The position numbers and the translations under genes were made by a program. A stretch of DNA of 64,000 nucleotides, from contig JAIRWM010000058.1 in assembly GCA_031268975.1 (NCBI GenBank), positions 905-64,904 on the forward strand, given 5' to 3'. The notes below the pieces were generated by a model. The model was not told the DNA's origin and did not search any database. It saw only the letters and a program-made list of their open reading frames with translations. Origin of the DNA: Treponema sp. (GTDB lineage Bacteria; Spirochaetota; Spirochaetia; Treponematales; Breznakiellaceae). Below are positions 38,841 to 48,034 of this stretch, piece by piece; position 1 is the stretch's first letter, and every line of letters starts with the position of its first letter.

Positions 38841-40193
38841 TCATTTCCCGAACAACGATGTTACCGCTTTCTTTAGCGAATCCACGGCGTCCTGAGAATT
38901 CCCGGCGGCGGCGCTTTTTGGGCCGAGGAAACGCCCGAAGCCCAAATCGGCTGAGGTTTTTATCCGGCTTTCAAGGCGTCTGACCGGCAATACTTCGCCG
39001 GCCAGGGAAAGTTCGCCGGCTATGGCGGTTTTTGCCGGAACGGGTATGCCGGTTCGCGCCGAGTAGATCGCCGCGGCCAGGGCAAGTTCCACGCCGACTT
39101 CGGTTATGCGCATCCCCCCGGCGACATTGACGTACAGGTCCTGGTCGGAAAGCCTTAAGGAAAGATGCTTTTCCAGGGCGGCTGCGACACGGGACGCCCT
39201 GGACGAGTCAATGGAACCGGAAAACACGCGGCTGATGGAACCCTTTGCCGGAACCGTCAGCGCCTGTATCTCAACAAGCAGTGTCCTCGATCCTTCAAGA
39301 ACTGCCGCCGTGGCGATGCCCGGGGGAATTTCGCCTTCCCGGCGGGTTAGAAAAAGCAGAGACGGATCGGCGACAATGGCAAGACCTTTTTCGCCCATGG
39401 TGAATATGCCTATTTCATCAACAGAACCGAAACGGTTTTTAGTCGCCCGCAAAAACCGGCAGTCTCCCATTCCGCCTTCGCCGCTTTGCTCAAAGTACAG
39501 CACCGTATCCACCATGTGTTCAATGGTTTTCGGTCCGGATATAATCCCGTCCTTGGTAACATGGGCGGCAAGAAACAGGGCCGCGTCGTGTTCCTTGACC
39601 CAGGAAATCAGCTCGTAAGAGCAGAACTTCATCTGATTTACCGTACCCGGCGCGGGACCGGCCTCGTCACAATGAAGGGTCTGAACCGAGTCTGCCAGCA
39701 CGAGGACGGGCTTGACGCTTTCCAGTACCGTGGTAATGTCGTCAAGTCTGCCGGTACAGCAAACTTCAATGTGCCCCGGAGGTTCCCGCAGCCCAAGCCG
39801 GCCGGCCCGCATTCGTATCTGACCGGCGCTTTCTTCCCCGGTAATGTACAAAATCCGGCCCCTGGTTTCCGCGCCGGCCGCGATCTGGAGAAGCAGGGTG
39901 GATTTGCCGATACCCGGTTCACCTCCCAACAGTACCGCCGACCTTTTCATGATTCCCCCGCCCAAAACCCGGTCCAGCTCGGTAAGCCCGCTGCCGACAC
40001 GTTTACCTTCCTGGGGATCTATCGACGCAAGAGGAACAGAGCGGGGCCCGCCGCGCCGCCCTTCCCGGGGACTGCCGGCGGCGGCTGTTTCCGCAAGGGT
40101 ATTCCATTCCCCGCACTCAGGACATTTACCCAGCCACTTGGGCTCTTCATGGCCGCAGGAGGTACACCGGTACAGGGTTCTTTCTTTCTTCAT
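38841..40193 (-). CDS. radA: DNA repair protein RadA
   Basis: It has the zinc finger CTSCGHE..CPECGEW, Walker A GGEPGIGKST and a Lon-like C-terminal domain. Confidence 0.95.
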   Translation of the reverse strand: MKKERTLYRCTSCGHEEPKWLGKCPECGEWNTLAETAAAGSPREGRRGGPRSVPLASIDPQEGKRVGSGLTELDRVLGGGIMKRSAVLLGGEPGIGKSTLLLQIAAGAETRGRILYITGEESAGQIRMRAGRLGLREPPGHIEVCCTGRLDDITTVLESVKPVLVLADSVQTLHCDEAGPAPGTVNQMKFCSYELISWVKEHDAALFLAAHVTKDGIISGPKTIEHMVDTVLYFEQSGEGGMGDCRFLRATKNRFGSVDEIGIFTMGEKGLAIVADPSLLFLTRREGEIPPGIATAAVLEGSRTLLVEIQALTVPAKGSISRVFSGSIDSSRASRVAAALEKHLSLRLSDQDLYVNVAGGMRITEVGVELALAAAIYSARTGIPVPAKTAIAGELSLAGEVLPVRRLESRIKTSADLGFGRFLGPKSAAAGNSQDAVDSLKKAVTSLFGK

Positions 40194-40196
40194 CGG

Positions 40197-40664
40197 TTAG
40201 TCGATGGTAAGAGACAGCCAGAATGTTCCGGTTTCGAAAATCGTGAACGGAATACACAAAAGCCTTGTTCTTTCTTCCGGAATAACAATATAGTGGGCTT
40301 TCCCCCTGACAACAGTGGGAAGGGAAATGATTATCCTGAACATATCTTCCAGATTTTTTTTGACATTCCCGGCGATAATGTTTACAATTTCGCCGATTGC
40401 GTCGACAATGTCGACTTCGGGCAGGTCTCCCGCTCCGGCAATCGGACTCAGGCGGCCCGCTATTTTTGCCGCGATATCGGATTTCATGGAAATGGCAACA
40501 AGACCCTTTACTTCGCCGGTCAAGGCGATAACTCCGGAAATGTCCCAGTCAAGGAAAGCTTCTTTTTTGATAAAATACGCGCGGCCGGGGACTATCTCAC
40601 AGCCCAACAGATCTTTGAAGACAGATTTACTTACCTGAACAAACGGTTGGATATACTGTTCCAT
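40197..40664 (-). CDS. cheX: CheX-like chemotaxis phosphatase
   Basis: MEQYIQPFVQVSKSVFKDLLG...ISGVIALTGEVKGLVAISM resembles the CheC/CheX family. The stop lies 3 nt before the radA ATG. Confidence 0.7.
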   Translation of the reverse strand: MEQYIQPFVQVSKSVFKDLLGCEIVPGRAYFIKKEAFLDWDISGVIALTGEVKGLVAISMKSDIAAKIAGRLSPIAGAGDLPEVDIVDAIGEIVNIIAGNVKKNLEDMFRIIISLPTVVRGKAHYIVIPEERTRLLCIPFTIFETGTFWLSLTID

Positions 40665-40774
40665 GACATCCTGACACCCCAGCATAGTACATGACATTCA
40701 TTTTTGCAAGAGCACATACGCCGGCACCGGCGGGAACGCATCCCCGGGATTGTACCGGCAGGGCTGCTCCGGCT

Positions 40775-40808
40775 GTGCCTCCCGGACACGGGGCTGTCCG
40801 GGAGGCAC
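40775..40808 (-). terminator. 13-bp GC hairpin immediately after the htpG stop (terminator-like, no U-tract)
   Basis: On the minus strand the stem is GUGCCUCCCGGAC...GUCCGGGAGGCAC. Confidence 0.35.
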
Positions 40809-40813
40809 GGGCT

Positions 40814-42769
40814 TTAGTCCGAGGCCGCTTCCCGGACCCCATTGTCCCTGACCGACAGAAGGCGGTTTAACCGTTTTACAAAATCCGCCGGATCTTTGAG
40901 TTTGATGCCCTCCACAAGCAGAGCCTGGTCAAGCAGAACCCCGGCAGTATCGGCGATCCGGCCTTCATCGTCAGTGTCTTTGAGGGCGGCGACAATGGGA
41001 TGTTCACCGTTTACCTCGAGTATGGGTTTGACATCGGGCATGTCGCCTTGTCCCATGGCTTTAAGCATTTGGGCCATCTGTATGGACGGATCGTTTTCAT
41101 CGGCGACGATACAGGAAGGCGAGTCGTGCAGGCGGCGGGAAAGCTTTACATCCTTCACGCGGTCCCCAAGGGCTTTTTTGATTTTTTCGATGACAGGCTT
41201 TGCCTGTTTTTCCGCCTGTTTGTCCTGTTTTTCGCCCAGTTCTTCGTCCGCCCCGGAGCGGTTAACCGCTTTAAGATCCCAGGATTTTGTTTCCATTTTG
41301 CCGCCGGTTCCCGGCAGTTCCCTGCGATAACTGTGAAGGGACGGAATTACAATGTCGTCAATTTCATCATCCATAACAAGGACTTCAATGTCCTTTGCCC
41401 GGTAGGCTTCCAGCAAGGGAGAGGCGCGCAGTGTTTTTTCGTCGCCCCCGGTAATGTAGTAAATATTTTTCTGATCGGCTTTCATCCGGGTAATGTAATC
41501 GGCAAAGCTTGTCCAGCCTTCTACGGCGGTGCTTTTAAAACGTACCAGTTCCTGCAGGGCATCGCGGTTCGCAAAATCCTGGTACAGCCCTTCTTTAAGG
41601 GGCCGGTTAAATTCCTTGGTAAACGTTTCCCACTTTTCCCTGTCTTTATCAGAACCGGAAGCGTTATCTGCCAGTGTTTTAAATTCGCCCAGCAGCTTCT
41701 TTACCGAAGCGTTTTTTATGTTCACGAGTATCTTGTTCTGCTGAAGAATTTCCCGGCTTACGTTAAGCGGAAGATCTTCTGAATCGATCACCCCACGGAC
41801 AAAACGGAGGTATGTCGGCATAAGCTCCTTGTCATCATCGGTAATAAACACCCGCTTGACATAAAGCTTGACACCCGGCTTGTAATCCACATTGTACATG
41901 TCAAAAGGCGCCTTTGAGGGAATATAAAACAGCGTCGAATATTCCATGGTTCCTTCTGCCTTTGTATGGACATAGTGAAGCGGGGCTTCTGTATCGTGAC
42001 CAAGCTGCTTGTAGAATTCGGCATAGTCTTCTTCTTTCAGTTCCGCTTTTGCCCGCCGCCAAATCGCCTGGCCGGAATTGATCCTGTCCGTTTTGGTCTT
42101 GCTGCCTTTTTCTTTGCCTTTGTCGTCGTATTCTTTTTCATCGTAAGTCAGATAGATGGGAAAGGCTACGTGGTTTGAGTACCGTTTGATAATATCTTCG
42201 ATGGACCAGCGGTTGGCGTATTCCGTTCCCTCTTCTGTAAGGTGGAGCAGCACTTCCGTACCCTGTTCCCTGCCGGCGGTTTCCAGCTTTTCGACAGTGT
42301 AACTGTCTTTCCCTTCGCTGGACCATTTCCAGGCAGCCTCTTCGCCGGCTTTGCGGCTTATCACCTCAATGCGATCGGCGACCATAAAGGCTGAGTAAAA
42401 CCCGACGCCGAACTGGCCTATCAGGTTGGAATCTTTTTTCGCGTCGGCCCCGAGTTTTTCAAGAAAAGCCTTTGTCCCCGACCGGGCTATGGTTCCCAGA
42501 GATTCTTCCAGATCCGCTTCGTTCATCCCGATCCCGTTGTCTTTTACCGTTAAGGTCTTTTCGTTCTTGTTAAAGCTGATGTCGACGCGGGGCTCGAAGC
42601 TGATTGATTTATAGGCGTCATCGGCGACGGTAAGATATTTGAGCTTGTCCAGCGCGTCGGAAGCGTTGGACACAAGCTCCCGCAGAAAAATTTCCCGGTT
42701 TGAATAAAGGGAATGAATGATAAGGTGAAGCAGTTGGCTTACTTCCGTCTGGAACTGGTGTTGTGCCAT
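40814..42769 (-). CDS. htpG: molecular chaperone HtpG (Hsp90)
   Basis: It starts FQTEVSQLLHLIIHSLYSNREIFLRELVSNASDALDK and also has GQFGVGFYSAF. Confidence 0.95.
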   Translation of the reverse strand: MAQHQFQTEVSQLLHLIIHSLYSNREIFLRELVSNASDALDKLKYLTVADDAYKSISFEPRVDISFNKNEKTLTVKDNGIGMNEADLEESLGTIARSGTKAFLEKLGADAKKDSNLIGQFGVGFYSAFMVADRIEVISRKAGEEAAWKWSSEGKDSYTVEKLETAGREQGTEVLLHLTEEGTEYANRWSIEDIIKRYSNHVAFPIYLTYDEKEYDDKGKEKGSKTKTDRINSGQAIWRRAKAELKEEDYAEFYKQLGHDTEAPLHYVHTKAEGTMEYSTLFYIPSKAPFDMYNVDYKPGVKLYVKRVFITDDDKELMPTYLRFVRGVIDSEDLPLNVSREILQQNKILVNIKNASVKKLLGEFKTLADNASGSDKDREKWETFTKEFNRPLKEGLYQDFANRDALQELVRFKSTAVEGWTSFADYITRMKADQKNIYYITGGDEKTLRASPLLEAYRAKDIEVLVMDDEIDDIVIPSLHSYRRELPGTGGKMETKSWDLKAVNRSGADEELGEKQDKQAEKQAKPVIEKIKKALGDRVKDVKLSRRLHDSPSCIVADENDPSIQMAQMLKAMGQGDMPDVKPILEVNGEHPIVAALKDTDDEGRIADTAGVLLDQALLVEGIKLKDPADFVKRLNRLLSVRDNGVREAASD

Positions 42770-42995
42770 AATGAGACTCCCTCGTTACTTTGTTTAGTCC
42801 ATAATATACAAAAAAAACTCCCTGTAGGCAAGCTCCTTTAGAAGTATTTCCGCTTGTATTTTTCCCCACCCCGGCCATAATTCAGGATATGCAGGCAAGC
42901 GTTGATATACCCGATATGACCGCCGGATGCAGCTTCCGCCCGAAGTACCGGCAGACGGAGCAAACAGGGGCGGGGTATGTACCCCACAGACGGAA

Positions 42996-43886
42996 TCAAA
43001 TAAGTTTCATATTTTGCAGAACGGCCCGCACCCCCGGTTTTTCTTCAGCGTTCAGTTGCTCCGGTTTTTCACGCAGCCATTCCCTGGTTCCGCCCATTAG
43101 ACTCATGGCGTATTTAATGGAATGAATAACTTTCCCGTTTGAAACCCGGATAATCTCCATAAGATCAAAAATCCACCGCTGGACATCCAAAACTTTTGCA
43201 TATTCTTTGGACAATACGGCCTTGTACATCTCCACATATGGTTTCGGGTCAATGTTTGAAAGTCCCGAGACAACAGCATCCGCGCCTGCCATAAACGATG
43301 CAGCATACAAACTGTCGTCGCCCTGTATCCATTTGAAAACATTACCCTTTTTTTCCAATATCCCGCGGGAAAAATTCTGGAAGCTGCCGGTACTGTCCTT
43401 GATTCCGGCAATTTTTTTATTTTGGGCAAGGTAATTTCTCACCTCAAACGTAACAAGGTTAGAAGTATGCTGAACAATGTCGTATATAATAATGGGAACG
43501 CTGCTGTTCCGGGCGATTGTTTCGTAATGGGCAATTATTGTTTCGTTTGACTGTCTGTAATAAAACGGCGGAACAATGACAAGATAGTCCGCCCCCGCTT
43601 TTTGAAAAGCGTCTATTTCTTCCAATACCTGGCCGGTTGAAGGACGAAGACTCGCTGCGCATACAAACTGATTGTCTGTTTTTCGCTGAATAGCGAGCTT
43701 TATCATCTGTGTTATTTCTCCGGTTGACAGATACGGACCCTCTCCAGTGGTTCCCGCAATAAAAAAACCATTCACATCAGCTTTCGAAAGGCGCTCAATC
43801 ATGGCGGAAAACGCCGCTTCGTCAAATGCTCCTGAATCGTTAAACGGCGTAATAACTGCGGGAATAATACCGCATAGCTCTTTCAT
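42996..43886 (-). CDS. DapA/NAL-family class I aldolase (dihydrodipicolinate synthase / N-acetylneuraminate lyase-like)
   Basis: It has IIPAVITPF, AGTTGEG and the Schiff-base Lys in IAGIKDSTG. The gene is AT-rich. Confidence 0.8.
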   Translation of the reverse strand: MKELCGIIPAVITPFNDSGAFDEAAFSAMIERLSKADVNGFFIAGTTGEGPYLSTGEITQMIKLAIQRKTDNQFVCAASLRPSTGQVLEEIDAFQKAGADYLVIVPPFYYRQSNETIIAHYETIARNSSVPIIIYDIVQHTSNLVTFEVRNYLAQNKKIAGIKDSTGSFQNFSRGILEKKGNVFKWIQGDDSLYAASFMAGADAVVSGLSNIDPKPYVEMYKAVLSKEYAKVLDVQRWIFDLMEIIRVSNGKVIHSIKYAMSLMGGTREWLREKPEQLNAEEKPGVRAVLQNMKLI

Positions 43887-43938
43887 ATTTTCAAAAACTC
43901 CTTTTTTTCATGACATTGCGTGATATTAGCATAACATA

Positions 43939-43950
43939 TGACATATGTCA
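43939..43950. promoter_or_regulatory. candidate GntR operator, perfect palindrome TGACATATGTCA (site 1)
   Basis: It lies in the divergent region between the DapA-like gene and gntR. An identical 12-mer recurs at 44947-44958. Confidence 0.55.
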
Positions 43951-44014
43951 ACACAATGCAATCTCTCATAAACATTTCTGTAGACAGATGCGGCTCGGTG
44001 ATAAAATATGTTCT

Positions 44015-44026
44015 TGACACCTGTCA
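44015..44026. promoter_or_regulatory. related half-site pair TGACA-CC-TGTCA (site 2), overlapping a TTGACA hexamer
   Basis: It has the same TGACA/TGTCA arms, about 80 nt upstream of the gntR start. Confidence 0.4.
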
Positions 44027-44103
44027 GCCATAAGTACAACAATATGCCCCTGTGACCTTCCTTATAGCCGGGATTTTTGATACTATTCCTGCAGGGAAAC
44101 ACC

Positions 44104-44832
44104 ATGATGGAAATTCGGGAAACAATACAGCCTCTTGAACGTGTCAATATGCCCCAGCGGGTCAGCGAGCTGATCCGTGATTATATCAGTAAAAACAAGC
44201 TCAAGGCAGGTGACAAGTTGCCGGCCGAAAAAGCGCTTGCTGAGATGTTTAATATTGGGAGCAGATCCGTCAGGGAAGGTCTTAAACTGCTGCAGGCCCG
44301 CGGGTTTCTCGAGATTCAACAGGGAAAAGGGATTTTTGTCGCGGCGCGATGGCTTCATGTTTACATACAAACCTTGACGAATTCTCTGGACATGGACAAC
44401 AACAACGTTAATTTGCTGGTACAGCTTATGGATGTACGCAAACTGCTTGAAACGGCGATTGTCAAGCAGTTTGCGATGTGTCCGCTTGCGGAAAAGCTTG
44501 ATGCAATTTCCGGGAATCTTCAAAAGCAAAAAGAAGCCTGCGTACAAAAAAACGTAAAACTTTTTAACTCGCTGGACGTAGAATTTCACCGTCTTATTGT
44601 CGACAGTGTCAACAATACCATCCTTTCAAGCCTGTACCGGGGACTCATGGATCTGCTGTTTGTATCGTTCCAGAAAACGCTGAACACCCCGGAATTTCTT
44701 AACGAATCATACGGTCTCCATTTGAAAATCTTTAACGCAATTAAAGAAAAAAAGCCGGATCGTGCGTTCGAGCTCATGTCAAAACAAATAGACATTTCCA
44801 AAAAGAAGCTGCAAAAGCTCATCTCCGTCTGA
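44104..44832 (+). CDS. GntR/FadR-family transcriptional regulator
   Basis: It has a winged HTH (PAEKALAEMFNIGSRSVREGLKLLQARG) and an FCD-type C-terminal domain. Confidence 0.85.
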   Translation: MMEIRETIQPLERVNMPQRVSELIRDYISKNKLKAGDKLPAEKALAEMFNIGSRSVREGLKLLQARGFLEIQQGKGIFVAARWLHVYIQTLTNSLDMDNNNVNLLVQLMDVRKLLETAIVKQFAMCPLAEKLDAISGNLQKQKEACVQKNVKLFNSLDVEFHRLIVDSVNNTILSSLYRGLMDLLFVSFQKTLNTPEFLNESYGLHLKIFNAIKEKKPDRAFELMSKQIDISKKKLQKLISV

Positions 44833-44945
44833 CAGGTCTCCCTGAAATGATTTCGCGGGCTTCTTTTGCCCCGCCGTTGTTTGTTCCAACATTCAGCCAT
44901 CAGGAAATTTAGCCTTTTTCAGGGAAAGAAAAATTAAAAATAAGT

Positions 44946-44975
44946 CTTGACATATGTCATAAGATGGGATTATCA
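44946..44975 (+). promoter_or_regulatory. sigma70 promoter TTGACA-18-TATCAT, with the TGACATATGTCA operator (site 3, 44947-44958) over the -35
   Basis: The hexamers and palindrome were read directly, about 40 nt upstream of the SBP ATG. Confidence 0.55.
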
Positions 44976-45012
44976 TACATCTAATTTCACATACCCAAAG
45001 GAGAAGAAAAGA

Positions 45013-45834
45013 ATGAAAAGAAAAACTCCGGTACTTTTTGTTGTCTGTATTTTTGCGGTACTTGTAAGTTGCGGAAATTCGGCGGCGGCCGCAAATAGCG
45101 CAGGTGGTCCGCAGGATTCCCTGCAAAGAATCCTGAAGGACGGAAAACTGATTATTGCGACGGATTTGACGGCGGTACCCATTCAGTTTAAGGATGCCCA
45201 GGGGAAGCCTGCCGGCCTTATTGTTGAAATGATGGAACTTGCCGGACAGGAACTGGGGGTAACGGTGGAATGGCAGGATATGGCCTGGGAAAGCCTTATT
45301 CCTTCCCTTACCGAAGGCAAAGTTGACATGATCGCCGCGAATATGTCCATAAATCTTAACCGGACAAAAACCCTGCGCTTTTCCAGTCCATATATGTTCA
45401 CCGGCGTTTTTGTTATGGCCAGGAAAGACAGCGGATTTACCAGTTGGAAGCAGGTTTTGGAAAAGAAAACCCTGGCCGCGACTATGGGTTCTTCCCATTC
45501 CGCATACCTTATGGAAAAATACGATTACGAGCCCAGACAGTATGAAAGCGCCCCGGAATGGATTGCCGAGTTGAAAAGCGGAAGAATTGATGGCGTTATG
45601 GATGATGAGCTTTTGCTTCTGGAAATGGTAAAACAGAATTCCGAATTCACCGTCCTTCCCGACGCGGTCCGGCCTGATGTATACGGCCTGGCGTTCAGGC
45701 AGGGTATTGCCGAAGACAACCTTGTAAACTGGTTCAACTGGTTTATGACCTGGGAAAAACTCAATGGCACATATGGCGATATTTACAAAAAATACGTCGG
45801 CAAAGACTGGGAACCACATCCCATTATCCAGTAA
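45013..45834 (+). CDS. amino-acid ABC transporter substrate-binding lipoprotein
   Basis: The signal and lipobox read MKRKTPVLFVVCIFAVLVSCG. The body is a family-3 SBP fold (IATDLTAVPIQFKD). Confidence 0.85.
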   Translation: MKRKTPVLFVVCIFAVLVSCGNSAAAANSAGGPQDSLQRILKDGKLIIATDLTAVPIQFKDAQGKPAGLIVEMMELAGQELGVTVEWQDMAWESLIPSLTEGKVDMIAANMSINLNRTKTLRFSSPYMFTGVFVMARKDSGFTSWKQVLEKKTLAATMGSSHSAYLMEKYDYEPRQYESAPEWIAELKSGRIDGVMDDELLLLEMVKQNSEFTVLPDAVRPDVYGLAFRQGIAEDNLVNWFNWFMTWEKLNGTYGDIYKKYVGKDWEPHPIIQ

Positions 45835-45920
45835 TTCTCCGTAACGTGGTAAAAAACTGCCCTGTGGGTTTTTAAAATTCGCCGGGCAGTTTCGCTGATA
45901 AATGTGTAAGGCAGGCTGGA

Positions 45921-46667
45921 ATGGAGAAGACTGAACCGGTAAAAATTACCGATCTAAGTTTCAGATACGGGAACACACAGGTGATAAGCCATTTAAACTT
46001 GACTGTAGAAGAAGGTGACATACTTGTTATTTGCGGTCCCAGCGGTTCTGGAAAAAGCACCCTTTTGCGCTGCATCAACCAGCTGGAACACAGCCATCAG
46101 GGCAGTGTTAAAGTTTTCGGCCGTGAGGTATCCGGTTACAAGCGCAGCAGAAAAACCCTGATTGAAGTAAGAAAGCGCTGTGGAATGGTGTTTCAACATT
46201 TTGATTTGTTCCCCCATCTAACAGTTTTGCAAAACATCTGCATCGGTCCGGTTAAAGTCAGAAGGGAGAACAGCCAAATAGCGCTTCAAAGGGCCAAAAA
46301 GCTGCTTGAAATGGTTGGGCTGTCAAATAAATACGATACGTATCCTGAGCAGCTTTCGGGCGGACAAAAACAGCGGGTCGCGATAGCCAGGGCTCTTGCA
46401 ATGGAGCCGGAAATAATGTTGTTTGACGAACCTACGTCCGCCCTCGATCCTGAAATGATCAAGGAAGTTCTGGAAGTGATGAAAGCCCTGGTGTTTCAAG
46501 GGATGACAATGATAATTGTAACGCATGAAATGGGCTTTGCCCGGGAAGTTGCAACCAAGGTTTGTTTTTTGGAGCACGGCGAGATTCTTGAATTGTCCGG
46601 CAGGGATCAATTCTTCCGGAATCCGTCAAGTGAACGGGCAAAGGAATTCCTGAAAAAAATCCTATAA
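45921..46667 (+). CDS. amino-acid ABC transporter ATP-binding protein (GlnQ-like)
   Basis: It has GPSGSGKST, LSGGQKQRVAIARAL and FDEPTSALD. Confidence 0.92.
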   Translation: MEKTEPVKITDLSFRYGNTQVISHLNLTVEEGDILVICGPSGSGKSTLLRCINQLEHSHQGSVKVFGREVSGYKRSRKTLIEVRKRCGMVFQHFDLFPHLTVLQNICIGPVKVRRENSQIALQRAKKLLEMVGLSNKYDTYPEQLSGGQKQRVAIARALAMEPEIMLFDEPTSALDPEMIKEVLEVMKALVFQGMTMIIVTHEMGFAREVATKVCFLEHGEILELSGRDQFFRNPSSERAKEFLKKIL

Positions 46668-46698
46668 GGGGTCTGTAAAGGTTTTTTGGGGGGTAATC

Positions 46699-47349
46699 GT
46701 GCAGCTGTATATTATACTAAAATTCATGCCTGATTTTCTGAAGGCGACTGTTGAAACACTCAAAATCGCGATACTAAGCGGTTTTTTTGCCCTCATTCTC
46801 GGAATACTTCTGGCCTCGGTCTATCAGCTTAAAACAAAGCCTTTAAATTTTTTGATAAACCTTTACACGAGCATTGTACGGGGAACGCCCCTTTTGGTAC
46901 AGCTTTACTTTGTTTACTACGGACTTTCCAACATCGGCATTATGGTTGATTCGTATACGGGCGCCATTGCGGCGTTTACTTTTAATACCGGCGCCTATAT
47001 GGCGGAAATTTTCCGCGGCGGCCTTGAAGGCATTGACAAGGGACAGTTTAATGCGGCGTATTCTCTGGGAATGTCCTGGACTGCCTGTTTACGTAACATT
47101 ATTTTTCCGCAGGTGCTTCAGCGGATTATTTCGCCGCTTCTCACCCAGCTTGCGTACCTTATCAAAGACACCAGCCTTGCGGCTGTTTTGGTTATTCGGG
47201 AGCTGACATACACATATCGTCATTTGGCATCGAACACATACCGGTCATTTGAGGCGCTCGTTCCGCCAATGATTATCTATTTTGGCCTGTATGTGATCTT
47301 TCGTCTGGCGAGCATTTGCTTCGCGGCGAAGAAGGGAGGAAAAGCGTAG
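46699..47349 (+). CDS. amino-acid ABC transporter permease (HisM/GlnP-like)
   Basis: It has the EAA-like loop (AYSLGMSW...IIFPQ) and 5 TM segments. The start codon is GTG. Confidence 0.85.
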   Translation: MQLYIILKFMPDFLKATVETLKIAILSGFFALILGILLASVYQLKTKPLNFLINLYTSIVRGTPLLVQLYFVYYGLSNIGIMVDSYTGAIAAFTFNTGAYMAEIFRGGLEGIDKGQFNAAYSLGMSWTACLRNIIFPQVLQRIISPLLTQLAYLIKDTSLAAVLVIRELTYTYRHLASNTYRSFEALVPPMIIYFGLYVIFRLASICFAAKKGGKA

Positions 47350-47350
47350 C

Positions 47351-48007
47351 ATGTTTTTACAGGATATACCGCTGTTACTTCAAGTAACCCGGTTGTTGCA
47401 GGCGTTTTTGATAAACCTCTCAATTCTGCCGCCGGTTCTTTTGATAAGCATGATTGCCGGTTTCTTTTTTTCGACAATCCGGTTTTATAAGATTCCTGTT
47501 GTTTCACAGTTCCTGTTTTTTGCGTCAGAAATCATCCGGGGTTCCCCGTTTCTTTTGCTGATCTATGCGGCGTTTTTTATACTTCCCCTGGCGGGTATTT
47601 CCCTTTCACCTTTTGGAACGGGTGTCTGCGTTCTTTCCGTAACAGGGGCGGTGCTGATGTCCGAAGTATTGCTCAGCGGCCTTAAAACAATCAGCAAGGG
47701 TCAACATTATGCGGCTGACGCCCTGGGGATGAGTTTCCTGCAAAAAATGAGGTATATTATTGCTCCCCAGATGATCAAGCTTACCCTTCCTTCAATTGTG
47801 GGACAGATTGTCATGACAATCAAAGATACCTCAATCGTATCGTTGGTAGGACTGGCGGAAGTGGTCAGAACAGCCAAGCAGATTTCGCAGCTGACACTGA
47901 ATACCTTCCTGGGTTATACGATAGTCGGCATTTTCTTTTTTATAGTTTGCTATCCGCTTATTCTGCTGTCAAAACGGCTTGAAAAGCGGCTTAGCACATC
48001 TTCTTAA
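47351..48007 (+). CDS. amino-acid ABC transporter permease (second subunit)
   Basis: It has ADALGMSFLQKMRYIIAPQ and a GGAGG RBS. The ATG lies 1 nt after the upstream stop. Confidence 0.85.
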   Translation: MFLQDIPLLLQVTRLLQAFLINLSILPPVLLISMIAGFFFSTIRFYKIPVVSQFLFFASEIIRGSPFLLLIYAAFFILPLAGISLSPFGTGVCVLSVTGAVLMSEVLLSGLKTISKGQHYAADALGMSFLQKMRYIIAPQMIKLTLPSIVGQIVMTIKDTSIVSLVGLAEVVRTAKQISQLTLNTFLGYTIVGIFFFIVCYPLILLSKRLEKRLSTSS

Positions 48008-48034
48008 TTCCTTAAATATCAAGTGGAGCGAAAA

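Noticed and set aside
39486-40694. 402-aa plus-strand ORF
   Set aside because: It is antisense to radA and cheX. The same argument applies to the other long shadow ORFs at 10996-11832, 19419-20186, 20352-21479, 31375-32358, 41000-41782, 44893-45819 and 54022-54822.
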